Shown piece by piece: positions 36,371 through 50,604 of a stretch of 64,000 nucleotides of DNA. The position numbers were made by a program, and so were the translations under genes. How positions within the stretch are numbered: the first letter of the stretch is position 1; each line of letters opens with the position of its first letter. The stretch lies in contig JBNZDD010013724.1 of assembly GCA_050575255.1 (NCBI GenBank), forward strand, positions 7,547,658-7,611,657, read 5' to 3'. The notes beneath the pieces were generated by a model. It had not been told where the DNA came from. It saw only the letters and a list, made by a program, of their open reading frames with translations, and did not search any database. This DNA is from Harriotta raleighana (lineage: Eukaryota).

Positions 36371-37424
36371 CATGCCAATACAGTTTGGAAAGGACTGTAA
36401 ACAAAGTAAACAAATTTGCTTTTCAAATGTTCAATGTCTAATACTTAAGACCTTCTCTGTAAATAGTACAAAGAGTTTTCAAAGTAAGGGGATCTATTGT
36501 NTTAAGAGCTTCTCTGTAAATAGTACAAAGAGTTTTCAAAGTAAGGGGATCTATTGTTGAGATGGAATTAAAATTCCAGAATTCAGTTACTTTACAAAGG
36601 GTAAAATTTAATAGGAAAATCATTTAGCTCATCATAGAACATTTTCATTTTTTATTGAGGGTTATCAATAGAAATTGCAGTGACTCTCACATGATTAATT
36701 TCATAGATGTTCATTTGTTTATAGCAGACCCATAGCAAATAACAATCCAGTGAGACAACAGGTGAAACACTATTTAAATAACATTACTTCTAAATAGCAT
36801 TCGCTCATTAGAGTCAATGAAACGGCATTAAAATGCAATACTATTACATTATATGTTACTTGTACTATATGGTGGCAGACTGAGATACTTTAGCCACATT
36901 AACACTTTCACTGATAATTTAATACCATTCATAAAATAGAAGAGGTGGTTGTTATTAATTCATATTTTCAAAAATAAATCAGTACTTTTTTCATTACAAA
37001 ACGTTCAGTAAAGATCAAACTTCATTCTGTGAGGCAAAAATAGGCAGCAGCACTGCATTATTGATGTGGTTTTGTACTGTTGTTCCCTTTGAATCTTTGA
37101 TCTTAGTGCGAAACAAAACTAAGATTTTTTTTTAAATGGCATTGGCAATAAAGCAACCTTTGTCCAACACTTGTGTTCCTTTATCTGCAATCCACTGGTC
37201 ATGTTTATCTTTAACTGATGAAGAATATTCAGAATGCAAAACTTCTGTAGGCAAAACTTGTATTTTCATAGCACCTTAGTTGGGGGTAGGACACTGGACT
37301 CAGTTAAGAAAGCACTTTGGACTATGAAGGGAAGGTGCTAGATGGAAACTCTGGAAGAAAGAAATTCAATGAGCCAAAGGTTTGCCGTCAAAACCTTTCT
37401 TGTAATCTTGTGAATTGTAATAAT

Positions 37425-37722
37425 ACAATAATCCTTGAATTTGATATAGCGCTTTTCACATCTTATCGATGTCTCAAAGCACTTCACAGAATATACTGTA
37501 AAGTGAATTGACTGTATATTTGTGGGCAAAACTCGGCAGCCAATTGCGCACAGCAGTGTCCCACAAACAGTCGTGGATTGAAAATGACCAATTTTTATTG
37601 TTGTGGTTTTTTTTGACGGATTATTTTTAGGTATGTGGAGTAAAGAAACTTGCCGAAGGTTTTGCCCTGATCTGCCAGGATTTGAATACAGTTCTCACAC
37701 TTGTAACCACTGAGCTACAGGA
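37425..37722 (-). mobile_element. Young SINE
   Basis: Tail, core and head, with a small deletion in the tRNA part. Confidence 0.92.
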
Positions 37723-38264
37723 GGAAACCAGGTGCTATACAAGTGTAATTTTGTTGTTGTTAAATTTAGTACAGCAATTTTTACATCAGAAGGATGTGTT
37801 AAAGCACTTCATATGGTTTATTGTAAAGTGCAGTGACTGTACATTTTGTAGGCAAACAAGGCAGCCTATTTGCACACAGCAATGCCCAACAAACAGCCAT
37901 TAAAAGGATGAAATTTTTTATCTGAGGGAATATTGGCCAAGACATCAGAAGAGTGCTTCTAACTGAGCCAAACTGATCATTTGGAGACACTGCCTTGCCA
38001 AAATCATTTTGTATTAAAAACAAGTCATTCCCTATCCAATTTCCATCAATAATTAGTTACGATTATCTGCCTCTGCAATTTCTCTGACTCTTATTTATCA
38101 ATTTAACTACAGTATTAAGAATTATTGTCCAATTTTACTTTTGTCCTTGATGAATTAATGATTAAACATTCGGTAAGAAGAGCACTATCATTCCATCAAT
38201 GCAGGTAATATACAATTTGATATTCTCTGATGATATATTATATATCTGCTCTCCTCCGTAAAAT

Positions 38265-39735
38265 GTAACCCACCACCTGCTCCCTTGACCCCATCCCCAT
38301 CTCCCTCCTCATCTCCCAGCTTCATATATATATATATCTCCTCGCCCCCTCCTAATTGATGTCATCAACCTCTCCCTATCCACCGGCAATGTCCCCACTC
38401 TTCTAAAAACAATAGTCATCACCCCCATCTTAAAAAAACCTTCTCTTATTCTCTTGACCCATCTTTCTAACTATCGCCCCATCTCTAACCTCCCATTCCT
38501 CTCCAACCTCCCATTCCTCACCAAGACCCTGGAAAGAGTTGATGCTTCCCAGCTTTGCTCCTTCCTCTCCCGCCACTCTCTCCTCAAACCCCTTCAATCT
38601 GGCTTCTGTGTTGCCCACAGCACCGAGATAGCACTGATCAAAATGACATTATCAACATCTGTGACCAGGGCTCTCTCTGTCTCCTTGTCCTTCTTGACCT
38701 CTGAGCCGCCTTCGACACTGTCAACCATTCCATCCACCTACACCACCTCTTCTTCTTCCTCAATATCCGCGGACCTGCCCTTACCTGGTTTGACTCCTAC
38801 CTCTCTCATTGCCTACACTTTAATAATAATAATAATAATCCTTGCATTTGATATAGCGCTTTTCACATCTTATCAACATCCCAAAGCGCTTCACAGAATA
38901 TACTGTAAAGTGAATTGACTGTATATTTGTGGGCGGAACGCGGCAGCCAATTGCGCACAGCAGTGTCCCACAAACAGTCGTGGATTGAAATGACCAATTT
39001 TATTATTGTGGGTTTTTTTGGAGGGATTATTATTAGGCATGTGGAGTAAGGAAACTTGCCCAAGGTTTCGCCCTGATCTGCCTGGATTCGAACACAGGTC
39101 TCATGCTTGTAAGGCATGTAAGGCGAGTGCTCTAACCACTGAGCCACGGGAGCTTGTTGCCACCAACAATTTATCTTCCAGCTCCCACACTGTCACCTCT
39201 GGCATCCCCCAGGGCTTTGTCCTTGGCCCCCTACTTTTCAATATCTACATGCTCCCACTGGTGACATCATCCACAGACATGGGGTTAACTTCCAAATGTA
39301 TGCGGATGACACCCAATTCTATCTTTCTGCCTCTACCCTCAACTCCAGGACTATCCTGTCCACCTTACATCCGTGACATCCTGTCCCCTTAGCGACGTGC
39401 CCGCCCCCTCCTTCAGCAGGCTCTGGCCTGCTCCACGTCCCCCGACAAACCCATTGACGGGTGAGTCTTCAGCCTCTCTGCCCCCAATCTCTGGAATTCC
39501 ATCCCAAAGTCTCTCTGCCTCGCCCTCTCCCTAGCCTCTTTCAAGTTTCGACTCAAGACTCTCCTCTTCGATAGACTGATCGGTAACTCCTCCCCCCCAC
39601 CCTTTCCTCAGCTTAGGTCTGAATCAATAACTGTCAAGCGCCTTGGGACATCCTCCTGACGTGAAAATTGAACACTATTGGGATGTCCTCCTGACGTGAA
39701 AGGTGCTTTACAAATGTAATTTTGTTGTTGTTGTT
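38265..39735 (+). mobile_element. L2 LINE RT to 3' end, internally deleted, interrupted by a SINE
   Basis: NYRPISNLPFL, LQSGFCVAHSTE, GIPQGFVLGPLLFNIYM, YADDTQ; (TGT)n tail. Confidence 0.95.
38820..39154 (-). mobile_element. Full-length young SINE (duplicated-anticodon subfamily) inside L2
   Basis: Near-identical to 13861-14198, including TGTAAGGCATGTAAGGC. Confidence 0.97.
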
Positions 39736-39962
39736 GATATCCCTTTGAGATGTGATACCATTCTGCAGTAGAATAATTTGGAGCGTAGATTGTTATATCA
39801 TGCTTCAAGGTGCTCTCAAGGCCAATGGGCGCTTTAGTTGAAATATTGTTTGAAATCAGCTGCAGCAAAATCTAAGTCCAGGAAATAATTTGAGAGCTCT
39901 ATGCTGCTGATTTACCTTTGATTCATGTAAAAACTGCATTGAATTAAAGATTAGCTCTAGAC

Positions 39963-40060
39963 TAGGAATAGCCAACTTGTGCCCCACTGACTGTCTTCAG
40001 CTCGTGTTACTATTTTACGCGTGTGTAATTGGCTCATTGGCCTTAGGTTGCCCATCCCTG
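39963..40060. mobile_element. 98-bp hAT (Charlie-type) MITE
   Basis: Imperfect TIRs TAGGAATAGCCAAC / GTTGCCCATCCCTG; 8-bp TSD CTCTAGAC (39955-39962) / CTCCAGAC (40061-40068) matching the NTCTAGAN Charlie target. Confidence 0.75.
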
Positions 40061-42229
40061 CTCCAGACTATGAGCTGAACCTGCAGCGAGATATAAAATG
40101 TAAAGCAGAACACTGTACAGGAATCAGATGAGTCCATATAGATGAATGTGGCTCAGTGGTTAGAGCACTCGCCTTACATGCCTTACAAGATTGAGANCTC
40201 ATTCCTCACCCCAGTTGTCTTTTGATGATTGTTATTGTTTGAATGATTGCTCCACTCATNGATATCCCTTTGAGATATGATAACATTCTGCAGTAGAATA
40301 ATTTGGAGTGTAGATTGTTATATCAGGCTTCAAGGTGCTCTCAAGACCAATGGGCGCTTTAGTTGAAATATTGTTTGAAATCAGCTGCAGCAAAATNTCT
40401 GCAGAGCAAACAGTTCCTCCTGTCGGAAATCCACTTGGCGACTTTTATTTTCCATTTCCCAGGACATAGACACTAGGTTTCCATGCATTATGATAGTAAC
40501 AGATTACAAACTCATTTGAATGCCAATAGGGGTAATTCCTCAATTTCTTGCAAATCTGCCGCATCAGAGTTGAAAAGGTATCATAGAATCATAGAAAGTT
40601 TATAGCACAGGATGTGATCTGCTATCAGAAGTGTTATTCCATGTTGTTTCTTTCCATAAGTGTTTCTGGTTTAAACCCTCTGTTTGTTATTTGAACTTTG
40701 ATAAAACATTCAAAGTTGTTAGTCATTGTTGTCCATTGGATTTCTAATTGTTGAACATTTTTTTGGGGTTCCCAGAAGCAGTTCTGCAACCACATAAACT
40801 CCCATTCACACATAGNGGGGGATCCCAGAAGCAGTTCTGCAACCACATAAACTCCCATTCACACATAATATGAAAGAATCTTCAATGAGACAGTGAAACA
40901 ATCGTCTTTTTAAAACTCNTGGGGTTCCCAGAAGCAGTTCTGCAACCACATAAACTCCCATTCACACATAGTATGAAAGAATCTTCAATGAGACAGTGAA
41001 ACAATCGTCTTTTTAAAACTCTGCCTGCCTCTGTCCCTCCAGTTTTCTTTTATGTATGAATATAATAGTGGCTAACACACCTCTTTACATCGTTAAAGAT
41101 AAAAGGATAATTATTGTAGTTAGAGAGAATGCTTTTTTGCTGCAGGGTACAAGATCACTATACATAGTCTCTTTCCTTATACTGTGCTTTACTAGCTCAT
41201 TATGTGTCTGCGATCACTGTTCGCCAAAAAAAATCTATTTTTAGATTGACATTACAAAAGCTTTTAAGTCTTGTGTTTTCCACACATCTATTTGAGTGAG
41301 ACAGTGTTCATAGTGTTCAATTTGTCAGCTTCCAGTTTGCGGCTCAGCAAGATGTCAACTAAACCGTTAATGTCGACAGCAGTAGGACGCCAGCCACTGT
41401 TTTGAGTCCTAAATCAGCTGCAGTCAGTCTGGAGACCATACCTTTCACAACACTAACACACTTTTATAATACGCATGATGGCATCAAAGAAAACAGCCAT
41501 GCACATTTCAAAGCAATTGGTTGCATTTACAAAATAAGGTATAATTCACACATGGTTATGGTGAATCCACTCAATCAAATCAATGGATCCCACAAATTGA
41601 TGGGTGACTTAGAACCTTTATAATCATGATCTCCTCACTCATGTAAATTGGGATGAATTCTCCGCTCACAATATTAATAATCTTTGCATTTGATATAGCG
41701 CCATATCACATCGTTGGGACGTCTCACAGAATATACTGCAAAGTCGACTGGCTGTGGATTCTTTGTGATCATAGTCATAAGCTGTATTTTAGCTGACAAT
41801 CATGTTCAGTTTTGATCAATCATAAGCAGAAACCTATAATCATGCTCCAAATCAAGTTCAGAATTTCACATATGCATGTTCAACTAAAATGCTGTGTTAG
41901 GTTTTCTTCCCAGAGGGATACAACCTTGTCGCCTCTTTCCAGACTGTGATGGTGAAGGTTGGCAAGAGTCAAGATTTGGGGATGCCTGAGTGTGTGTTGG
42001 GGTGTTGCTGGAGTTTAAATACAGTAGCTAAAATTTCACAGCTTGCCATTTTGAAGATTGTGTGGCAAACTTCTTCTACATTTAATATTTACTGTAGAGT
42101 GTAGTGACTCTGTATTTCCTGGAGAAACTACAACCAATTTGACCTCAGCAAAGTCCTACAAATAATCATGAAGTGAATGGCCTTTCTTTATATCTAGGGG
42201 ATTATTAGGTCATAATTGTTATTCCCTGG

Positions 42230-42470
42230 AGAAACTCATTTTTTCTTTTCGAATAGTACAGTACTACAGTTTGTGATTTTTAACATACACCTGAACAAAC
42301 AGACAATACTTTAGTTTAACATCTCGTCTTTAAAGATGGATCTCTGGACAATGCAACACACTTCTAACACTGTATCACCCTAGAATGTGTGAATTCATAA
42401 TCTATTGTGGAATTTGAACCCCAAAACTTCAACTCAGAAGCAAGAATGCTACAATTGAGCCAGACTCACA
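42230..42470 (-). mobile_element. Old Deu-domain SINE
   Basis: CACCTGAACAAACAGAC..GTTTAACATCTC..ATTTGAACCC..TTGAGCCA. Confidence 0.7.
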
Positions 42471-43094
42471 CCTCTTATCAATTGAGGCATATTGAGTTTA
42501 GTAACTCATAGATACACTTAAAATAAACAACAGAAGAGGTTGAAAATTTGTGAAAGATCACAATGAATGTTTCTTATGGAAAGTGGGAGGTATACGTTGC
42601 TAATTTAAAGTTTAACCAAGACAAATAATCCAACTGTACATTTCAACTGTCCTTGTTTCGTCTTTTTTTTTGTGGCCTAGATTCAAACCCTTAATACAAA
42701 TCATTAGTTCTATTTCTCCTTTTATTTCACTCATCCACAAGTTTCCAATAACATGGTGTAACAGTTCAGTGATAGCTGTGTGTATTTTGTACAGTACTCA
42801 TTTGTATCCTGCTCTGTTCCAGCCTGCCTGTCCTCTGTATCTGATCTGATTCTGATCGGTACAGTCCAATTTTGACGACACTTATTAATCAGCCTCCTTC
42901 ATTTCAAACCCAACTCATGTTCCTAATAATCATTAACAAATTGATGCCTTAACCAATAGTAGAACACATTACTCGAGTTAATAATATAATTCACATTACA
43001 CTACACATCATCCAAATATTACCACTTATTTGTTACCTAGTCAAACAGTCAGTACGAAACACTCCAGATAACCACCTGATGTACTAACAATACA

Positions 43095-43765
43095 ATTCAC
43101 ATTTATATAATGCCTTTCACATCATAAGCACTTCCTATTGCTGGCTTGACACCCGAGCTGTCAGTTGGGAGCTGAAGAGGACAGGGAGGAGGTTGTGGGG
43201 GAAAGATCAGAAACAAGGTCAAAGAGGTTTTGAATGTGAGCATGAGGGAATGAGTTGAGGGACTCCTAAGATAAAGGGTCAGGGTCAGAATGGCTGCAAG
43301 CTCGCAGGATGGTGAGATGGATAGGGAAGATATTATGAAGCAGACAACTGTTCGCAGAGGAAAGGGAGCATCTGGGTCAGTATGGTTGTAGGAGGTCACA
43401 GAGCATTGGTTGAGGCTATGAAGGCACTTAACAGTGAGAAGCAAGATATTGAACCCAATCGGCTAGGGAGTTATATGAAGGGGAACCAGTGGAGCCAACC
43501 AAGATAGGTATGAGCGACTTGCAGAGCCTCGTATGGGAGAGGACTTGGACTGCACAGTTCTGGATAGTTTGCAACTTGTACAGAGTACAGTTGGAGAGAC
43601 TGGTGAGCAGGGCTTTGCCATAGTCAAGCCTGGACATGATGAACATGTGAATGAAGGTCTTGGCAGCTTGGTGGGTGGTAGGGTATGTGGGCAGTGTTAC
43701 AGATGTGAGGAAAAGCTAAATGAATCAGAGGCCGCATGAGACTCTGCACTATCTTCACAATGTGG
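43095..43765 (-). mobile_element. L2 C-terminal fragment (older family)
   Basis: FIMSRLDYGKALL..LQTIQNCAVQVL in ORF track. Confidence 0.85.
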
Positions 43766-46002
43766 ATTGAGCATTCATACAGGTTGATGCTCCCATTGCC
43801 AGAGGTGAGTCAAACTCCTAGTCAGGCTAGGAGTTCCTTGGGCTTGTCTACCTTTAATCAAAGTTAGATTGAACTCATTCCGAATTTCAGAACAGCAGTG
43901 GTCTTGAAGACCAACATTTATAATTCATTGTGGCTGTAGAAGATGATCTTTCAGTTACTCTTCTACATCTTTGTCTTACAGGCAAGTTGCTAGCCTGGTT
44001 TGGAGCCAGTCTTTACATTTACATTGGAAAATTCCTAAAATATAAACTTGGCAGAGTTTTTTTTAAAGGTAAATCAATCATTTCTATCCCATTGTCACTG
44101 CGTGCTAAAGCCTAGCAGGCAGATTAGTCTTATCTGAACAAGCTTGACATACAATAATCATCTTTACATTTGATATACAGGTAGTATCTTGGTAATGACA
44201 ATACTGTGGTAAACGCTCAATAGTGTAGTAAGATGGGCGTTTTTAGTTAATTAGCTTCAGCTTTACCCTAACACACCTGATAATTTCTCCAATTATGTAA
44301 GCAGGATGCAGTCCTCTGGAGGGAGAGAGTTCACAATCCGTTCTAGATGGAGGGAAATTTTATTGTGCAGGTGACACATATATGTGGACCTCTCCGACTG
44401 ATTTGGATGCTCTTAAGCATGGTTTGTGTATGTGCCAGACTCCCTGCTGACAAAAATAAAATGTTCCAGACCACAAAAATAAAAAAAAGTGAATGTCTGA
44501 ATTGTATGATGTGATGAATGCCTGTGTCATGGGGACTATGAAGAGTGGGATATCATCTCACCCACACTGCAATTATGTGGGTGGGTCTGCTATTGGATTT
44601 GGGGAGATATTGTTCAATCCATCTGTCAGGTTCAGTATGTTCAATGAGATTTGTAGACTAGTTCTACAGGACTTAATTGCCCAGCTCTAGGAAGTTGAAA
44701 CAGCACCCGGGAATTGATTTGGTAGCTTCCTTGCTCCTCTTAAAATTCAGTCTGACAGGTGTGGAAAAATAAGGCCTCTGCTCCTGTTTTTGACAGATGT
44801 TGCTGAGCATCTGTTGTTGAATATCTTTTGGGTAATTACTTCTCTGCAAGACATCTGAAATGTGCAAACATGGGACAGCAGCCACTGTTTGAGAAGGAAT
44901 GACATTATGTATTGGTTAAAGGTTCTAATTGCACTTTGAAAAAACATAAAATAAAACCTAAAATGCCTCAAAAGTACAAAAGTAAACTCCTTTGTTTTGC
45001 AGTTTCAGAATATGACCATGTTGCCTATATCAAATTTACCAATATATTATACTAAATTGTTTTAGTGTTTTCCATGAAATAAAACATCCAGAATAATTTT
45101 TTCCTGTCATTGCTCATTCCTAAACATTGTAATAGGTCCTTGTAGAACCTGTGACTGTGCTTTCCTGCTATTCACTAATATCAGTTGCGACTCTACATAA
45201 TAACTCTTGGATTAATTGGAGTAAGTTCTTGGGAACAGTTTCTGCTGAAATCGCCACTGATATACACACTTCTAGGATATTCTTGTAATTTAATGGGCTT
45301 TAAATGACTCATTACAACTGGTGGCAAAATATCCAAGAAGCTGTCACAGTAGTGGTGATTTCAGTCGTAAAGTGTTTCAAACTCAACCCAAGGCCTAATG
45401 CTGCACATTGGTTGCCAGAAAATGCATCTGGAAGAATTATATCACTCATCCTCTTAGAGAATATTTGTGTGAATGTCAACTGATTCAAGCCCTTGGGTGT
45501 AGTGCTGTAACATAGCAAGCAAGAAAAATGACAAATATCACTCGAGCTTTTATATATTGTCAGTTATGTATGGAATGGGAGCGGGCTGGAAGAGGGCATA
45601 GTATGATCGGTGTGAAATTCCTCCATTTTAGTTCTGTTTTGAAAATAAATAATAATTATAATATGTGATACAGTGCCTTTCACATAGAGGGCCTATCAAA
45701 GTGCTTCATATGATATATTGTAAAGTCTAGCTACTGTGCATTTTGTAGGTGAAAACACAAAGGCTGAGTGGTGAGTACTGCAGGGATTTATCAGTGAAAC
45801 TGAACTCCCACTGCTGAAATAAATTCAGTGGAATATGCAGGTGATGAAGAAGCTAGTGAAGTTATTTGTGGGAACTCAAATAAGTGTGTACATAAACTAC
45901 ACACAGTTCTTTTTTTAAATAGGCTGCAGCTTTGAAAATTACATTATCTACTCTGGCCTCAAAGTATTACAGTTCCACACTTAGTTATGTGCTGTCTTCT
46001 AC

Positions 46003-46703
46003 ATAAGAATCAGAATTTTATGGCACAAAAGAAGCCCATTCGGCCATCTAGTCTGTGCCGGCTCTTTGAAAAGAGAAACTTAATCCCACTGCCCAGCTTT
46101 CTCCCGATAACCTAACAGACCTGTTCTCCCTGAATAAAGATCTAATTCTTTTTTAAAAGCTGTTATCGAATTGGCCTCGACCACCTTTTCAAGCAATGCA
46201 TTCCAGATTCAAACAACCCACTGAGTGAACAAATTTCTCCTCAGCTCCCCTCTGCTTCATTTTGAAACCATTTTAAATCTGTGACCACGAGTCTGTTCCA
46301 AAGAGAATAAACCTAGCGTATCTAGCCTTTCCCAATAACTGAAGTCCCTCAATCCTGGTACCATTCTAGTAAACCTTCTTTTCACCCTTTCCAATGCTTT
46401 AACATCTTTTCTATAGTGTGGTGGCCAGAATTGGACACAGTACTCCAGCTGAGGCCTAACCAAAGTTTTATAGAGGTTAGTCAGCACTTCCTGACTTTTG
46501 TACTCTATATCCCTATTTATAAAGCCTAGTATCCCATATGCCTTCTTAACAGCTTTGTCTACCTGTCCTGCCACCTTCAAAGAATCACTAACACAAATCC
46601 CCAGGTCTCTCTGTTCCCTCACACCCCTTAAAATTGTACTATCTAGCCTATATTGCCTTCCCTCATTTCTTCTCCCAAAATGTATCATCTCACACTTCTC
46701 TAC
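46003..46703 (-). mobile_element. CR1 LINE 3' part (second family, internal deletion)
   Basis: ORF 46257-46688: [36 protein letters not shown]. Confidence 0.95.
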
Positions 46704-47649
46704 GTGTAATACATTTTGAGGGATCCCAAGCCACAGTGTACTATCATACCATGAGGCTTGATAATGATAATACTTGCATTTGATACAGCACCTTGTTTAT
46801 TACACATCTCAAAGTGAATTTACCGTATATTTTTGTGGGCAAAGATTAACCCCAGAAAAATGATCCATCAGAGGCATATGCAGTTAATGATCTAACCAAG
46901 AACTCTGTAAATGCCTATGTGGGTGAAAATATGTGTGAATCAAAATATATCTCTGGTAGTTCAAGCTGCTTGTTCCCATATTAATATAAAAAATAATATT
47001 AATACTGTATACATTTGGTATACCATCTTTCATGTCAGAAAGCTGTCACAAGTGCTTCACATGAAAAACTCTGATTGTATATTCTGTAAGCAAACACAAC
47101 AGTGATAGGTAATTTGTGCACAGCAACATTTCATTAATAATAAGTGAAATTGCCCCCAAGATCTAGTGAACTTCTGTTATTTTTCTAGGTTAGTCTTTAT
47201 GTCTGTAAATATCAACTATCATTCCTTCTATGCCAATTCTGTCTATTTATCAATTCAGGTAAATACAAAGTAAAGTTCAAGATCTAAGTATGAAACCACA
47301 GGGCATTATTTGCTATTATTTATTAACCATATTTGCTGTCTGATGATATATGAAGAATAATATTATCCATGACACTTTGATAAGGTAGGTTCCATTTGTT
47401 TCCATTTAATTTGTTATAATTACTTTTATGCTCTATACAAGGGCACCTCTGAATCCAATTGCATGTCATGATTCAGACAAACCCTGAAGGACATCAAGAT
47501 ACTGGAATATTCAGATGAGAAGATGAAAATTAATACATGAAATTGATGTTCTATTCTGAGTTTTTTTAAAAACTAGGAGTTCTGTACTTTTCCCTTTGAT
47601 TTAACGTAGTGCGAGTTCAGATTCTTATTCTATGTTAGGTAGTGGACAA

Positions 47650-48173
47650 ACATAGAACCTACAGAAATTTATAACACAGAAGAAAGCTGTTCAGCGCATT
47701 GTGTCTGTGCGGACTCTTTAAAGAGCACTCCTTTCAGGATAATTTAATTGCTCTTTCCCCATACCCATGCAGTTTATTCCTTGGTGGATATCAAGGAATA
47801 AATCAATTATAGTTATAATAATAATAATTTGGTCACTCAATCCACGACTGTTTGTGGGACACTGCTGTGCACAATTGGCTGCCGCATTTTGCTCACAAAA
47901 TATGCAGCCAATTGACTTTACAGTATATTCTGTGAAGCGCTTTGAAATGGCTCAAAGAAGTGATCAGGTGCTATGTCAAATGTAGGGATTATTATTATGT
48001 ACTTTCCTTTTGAAAACCAATATGGATTCTGCCTTAATCATTCCCCCCCCTCGCCCTGAACATTTTCCCTTGCTCGGGTCCTGAACCAATCTGTCCAGCG
48101 CCTTGGGACGTCCTCCTGACGTGAAACGCGCTCTATAAGTGTAATTTTGTTGTTGTTGTTGTTGTTTTGTTGT
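47650..48173. mobile_element. Cluster: CR1 tail (-, about 47650-47775), SINE 3' half (+, 47815-47998), L2 tail (+, 48040-48173)
   Basis: Similarity to other copies in the window; (TGT)n at about 48148-48173. Confidence 0.8.
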
Positions 48174-48539
48174 TAATCATTGCTTCCAGCAAGGCATTCC
48201 ATATCCTAATTGAAAAAACTGAAAACAACTTTACAGCTTGTGGCCTACAAATCTACACTTGTTCCTTGAAGGAGGAGATCAATACAAAATAATTATTTAA
48301 ATAATGTGAACTGAGAAATGTTTGATGTGATGACACTCTTTTAATGGTCCAATTTGAATCCACTGACCTTTCTCACTTGTATTCCAGCAAACTTAACCAA
48401 GCAGTCTCAGATGTTGATCTATATATGTTTTTTATTTTGTTTGCATTAAGCTGGTAGATAAATCAGCCTGAAGGCTTCCTAAAGTCAATGACTTCAGGTT
48501 GTCACTGTTAAACCATTTAAGAAAAGTTTATCTATGGAT

Positions 48540-49345
48540 CAGAAGATCATAAGACAGCTATGGATGAAAATGGTCCTTCAGCCCATTTGATCTCACCTTT
48601 TTGAGTACCTACCCTCTTCAAATCACAGGATGAGCTGTTTAAATTGAGTCCAACCTCCTGACCTCAGTCACTCTCCCCAGTAACACATTTCAGATGTTGA
48701 TTGTCTTCTGTGTAAATAAATACTTCCTAGCATTGCCCTTTGCAACCCTAAACCTGTGTGTTCTATTCTGCTGCCTCAGTGCATTTGAATGTATTGTTTC
48801 GAGTTCATTTTTTACACTTAAAGTCTTGTTCACCTGTCCTCTCTGGGACATAATAATAATGCTCGCATTTGACATCTCCTTTCAAATTAGTCAAGCTCAG
48901 TAGAGCTCTTCATTCTTGAAAGCAAACATCTCAGTGGGGACCTCATAGAGGTATACATTATTTTAAATGGGATTGAAAAAGATAAACAAGAATAACACTT
49001 TAGAATGAACCAAGACAGAAAAACGGGAGGCTTAGGTTTAGATTTGCAAAGGGAAGTTTCACAACAACAGCAAAAGAACAGACACAGGAGGGGAATTAAC
49101 AACAGGAACAAGTTGGCAGGAAAGGTGGTTGAGAGCAGGACCCATGACACATTTTCAAAAAAGGTTGATGTAGTGACAGTAGGATGGGAACAAAAGCCCC
49201 TTTGGAAGTATGAGAACAAATAGGCCAAAGAATCTTTTTCCTCCAACCAATCTTGTGATCTTGTGAAAACTGAAGAGGCTGTTTAATCAATCCTCATTAT
49301 AGCTCCTCTTACATTGGGTACATCCTTGTTGTTCTCCTTTGCACT
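48540..49345. mobile_element. Old CR1 fragments in mixed orientation
   Basis: Minus RKYLFTQKTINI (48690-48760); plus LSGDLIEVYIILNGI (48930-48980); minus fragment 49270-49345. Confidence 0.65.
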
Positions 49346-49899
49346 ACTGCTTATAGCAGCCAGCTTCTGAAGGTGACAATCATAAAGCATTTGATATGTT
49401 TACTTTTACAATTTAAGAAGTTATATGAATGTTTCATTTGGGTTACTGCTTCATGTCTCCTTCTCAGGTCTCTGATAGTGATACTGAATGCTCAGCATTC
49501 CCAGGAAATCATTTTTGTAAGAACATTTGAAAAGCTACCAAAGACACTCAGCATGAATAGGGTTCAATCTGTGCTTATGTTTACCAGAATTTCAGCAGCT
49601 CACATTTGTGACAATGTTTTATTTTTCTGTTCTACGTGTGTATTTTGTTTTAAATAGAATGTTTTTACTGTAACCTGCCCCAAGGACAAACAAGCACATC
49701 CAAGCAGCAATGAATTATTTTTTAGATGTTGCTGTCAGGTGGAGAATTGAAAATGTCAGTTAAACCGCTAGGACCAATTCAAAGAGAACTGATTTTGTGA
49801 AAAAGTATTTTTAATGTTCTGGTTATTGCAAAGCACAAAACAAGAAACGCATGTTTTCATTTATAAACAAGGAACAGTTGCTAGCACTCTTGCATCAAA

Positions 49900-50290
49900 A
49901 GGTTGCGTTTTCAAACTTCTCATCCTGGAACTTTAAACTCGCGGTATAGGCGCTCCAGTGTAGTGTTGCAGGCTCATTGCATTGGTTGAGGTTCCACCCT
50001 TCAGATGAGACACTAAACAGATGCCTGTTCAGAAGCACTTTAAAGATCCTATGGCACAATTTGAAAAGAAAAAGGACATTCTCCCAGCATCCTAGCCGCC
50101 AATTCCCAGACAAAATTAATCATTCGCTTTCATGGCTGTTTGTGGAATATTGCTGTGAGCAAATTGGCTGCTGAGTTCGTCTACAAACACACAGTCATTA
50201 TGCTTCAGAGTAAAATCCTGCGAAGCACTTTGACATTTCTTTGATATGACGAGGTACTATATAGGTACTATAATCATCCTTGATGATTAT
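49900..50290 (+). mobile_element. Old Deu-domain SINE
   Basis: TTCAGATGAGACACTAAAC..TAAAGATCCTATGGCAC..GCTGTTTGTGGAATATTGCTGTGAGCAAATTGGCTGC. Confidence 0.8.
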
Positions 50291-50604
50291 TGTTATAGTA
50301 GTATTATTAAATAGCCTGTCGTGCAGCAGGCCAAACTTTTCCAGTAATAAGAAGCTTCCAGCTGAACTCCACACCTGCTTCTGCAAATATAGCAACAGGT
50401 TAAAAAGAGGGATAACAGATGGCTGACAAAACAATTCAGAGCAAAGAGAATGAAGTTAATACAATCAGCTACCTCTCCTGGTGGTGAGCTCTAATGAGTT
50501 TGTTAAACGGTTTCATAGAAAAAGCCTGGGGTAAAACTGTTCAAGAAAAAGCACCAGGGTTTAGCAATAATATTTTTAAAACTTTGCACTTTCGCCAAAA
50601 ATAT

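Noticed and set aside
37214-37250. CTGATGAAG...CAAAAC hammerhead-like words
   Set aside because: Weak stem II, no GAAA, no convincing stem I
5421-41021. Apparent tandem duplications around single Ns (5525, 7173, 7496, 7908, 10613, 34722, 35095, 36066, 36501, 40260, 40397, 40816, 40919)
   Set aside because: Each is tied to an N join; best explained as unmerged contig overlaps or alleles rather than biological repeats
44493-44971. Cluster of 65-74 aa ORFs in unique sequence
   Set aside because: No recognisable domain or consistent splice signals
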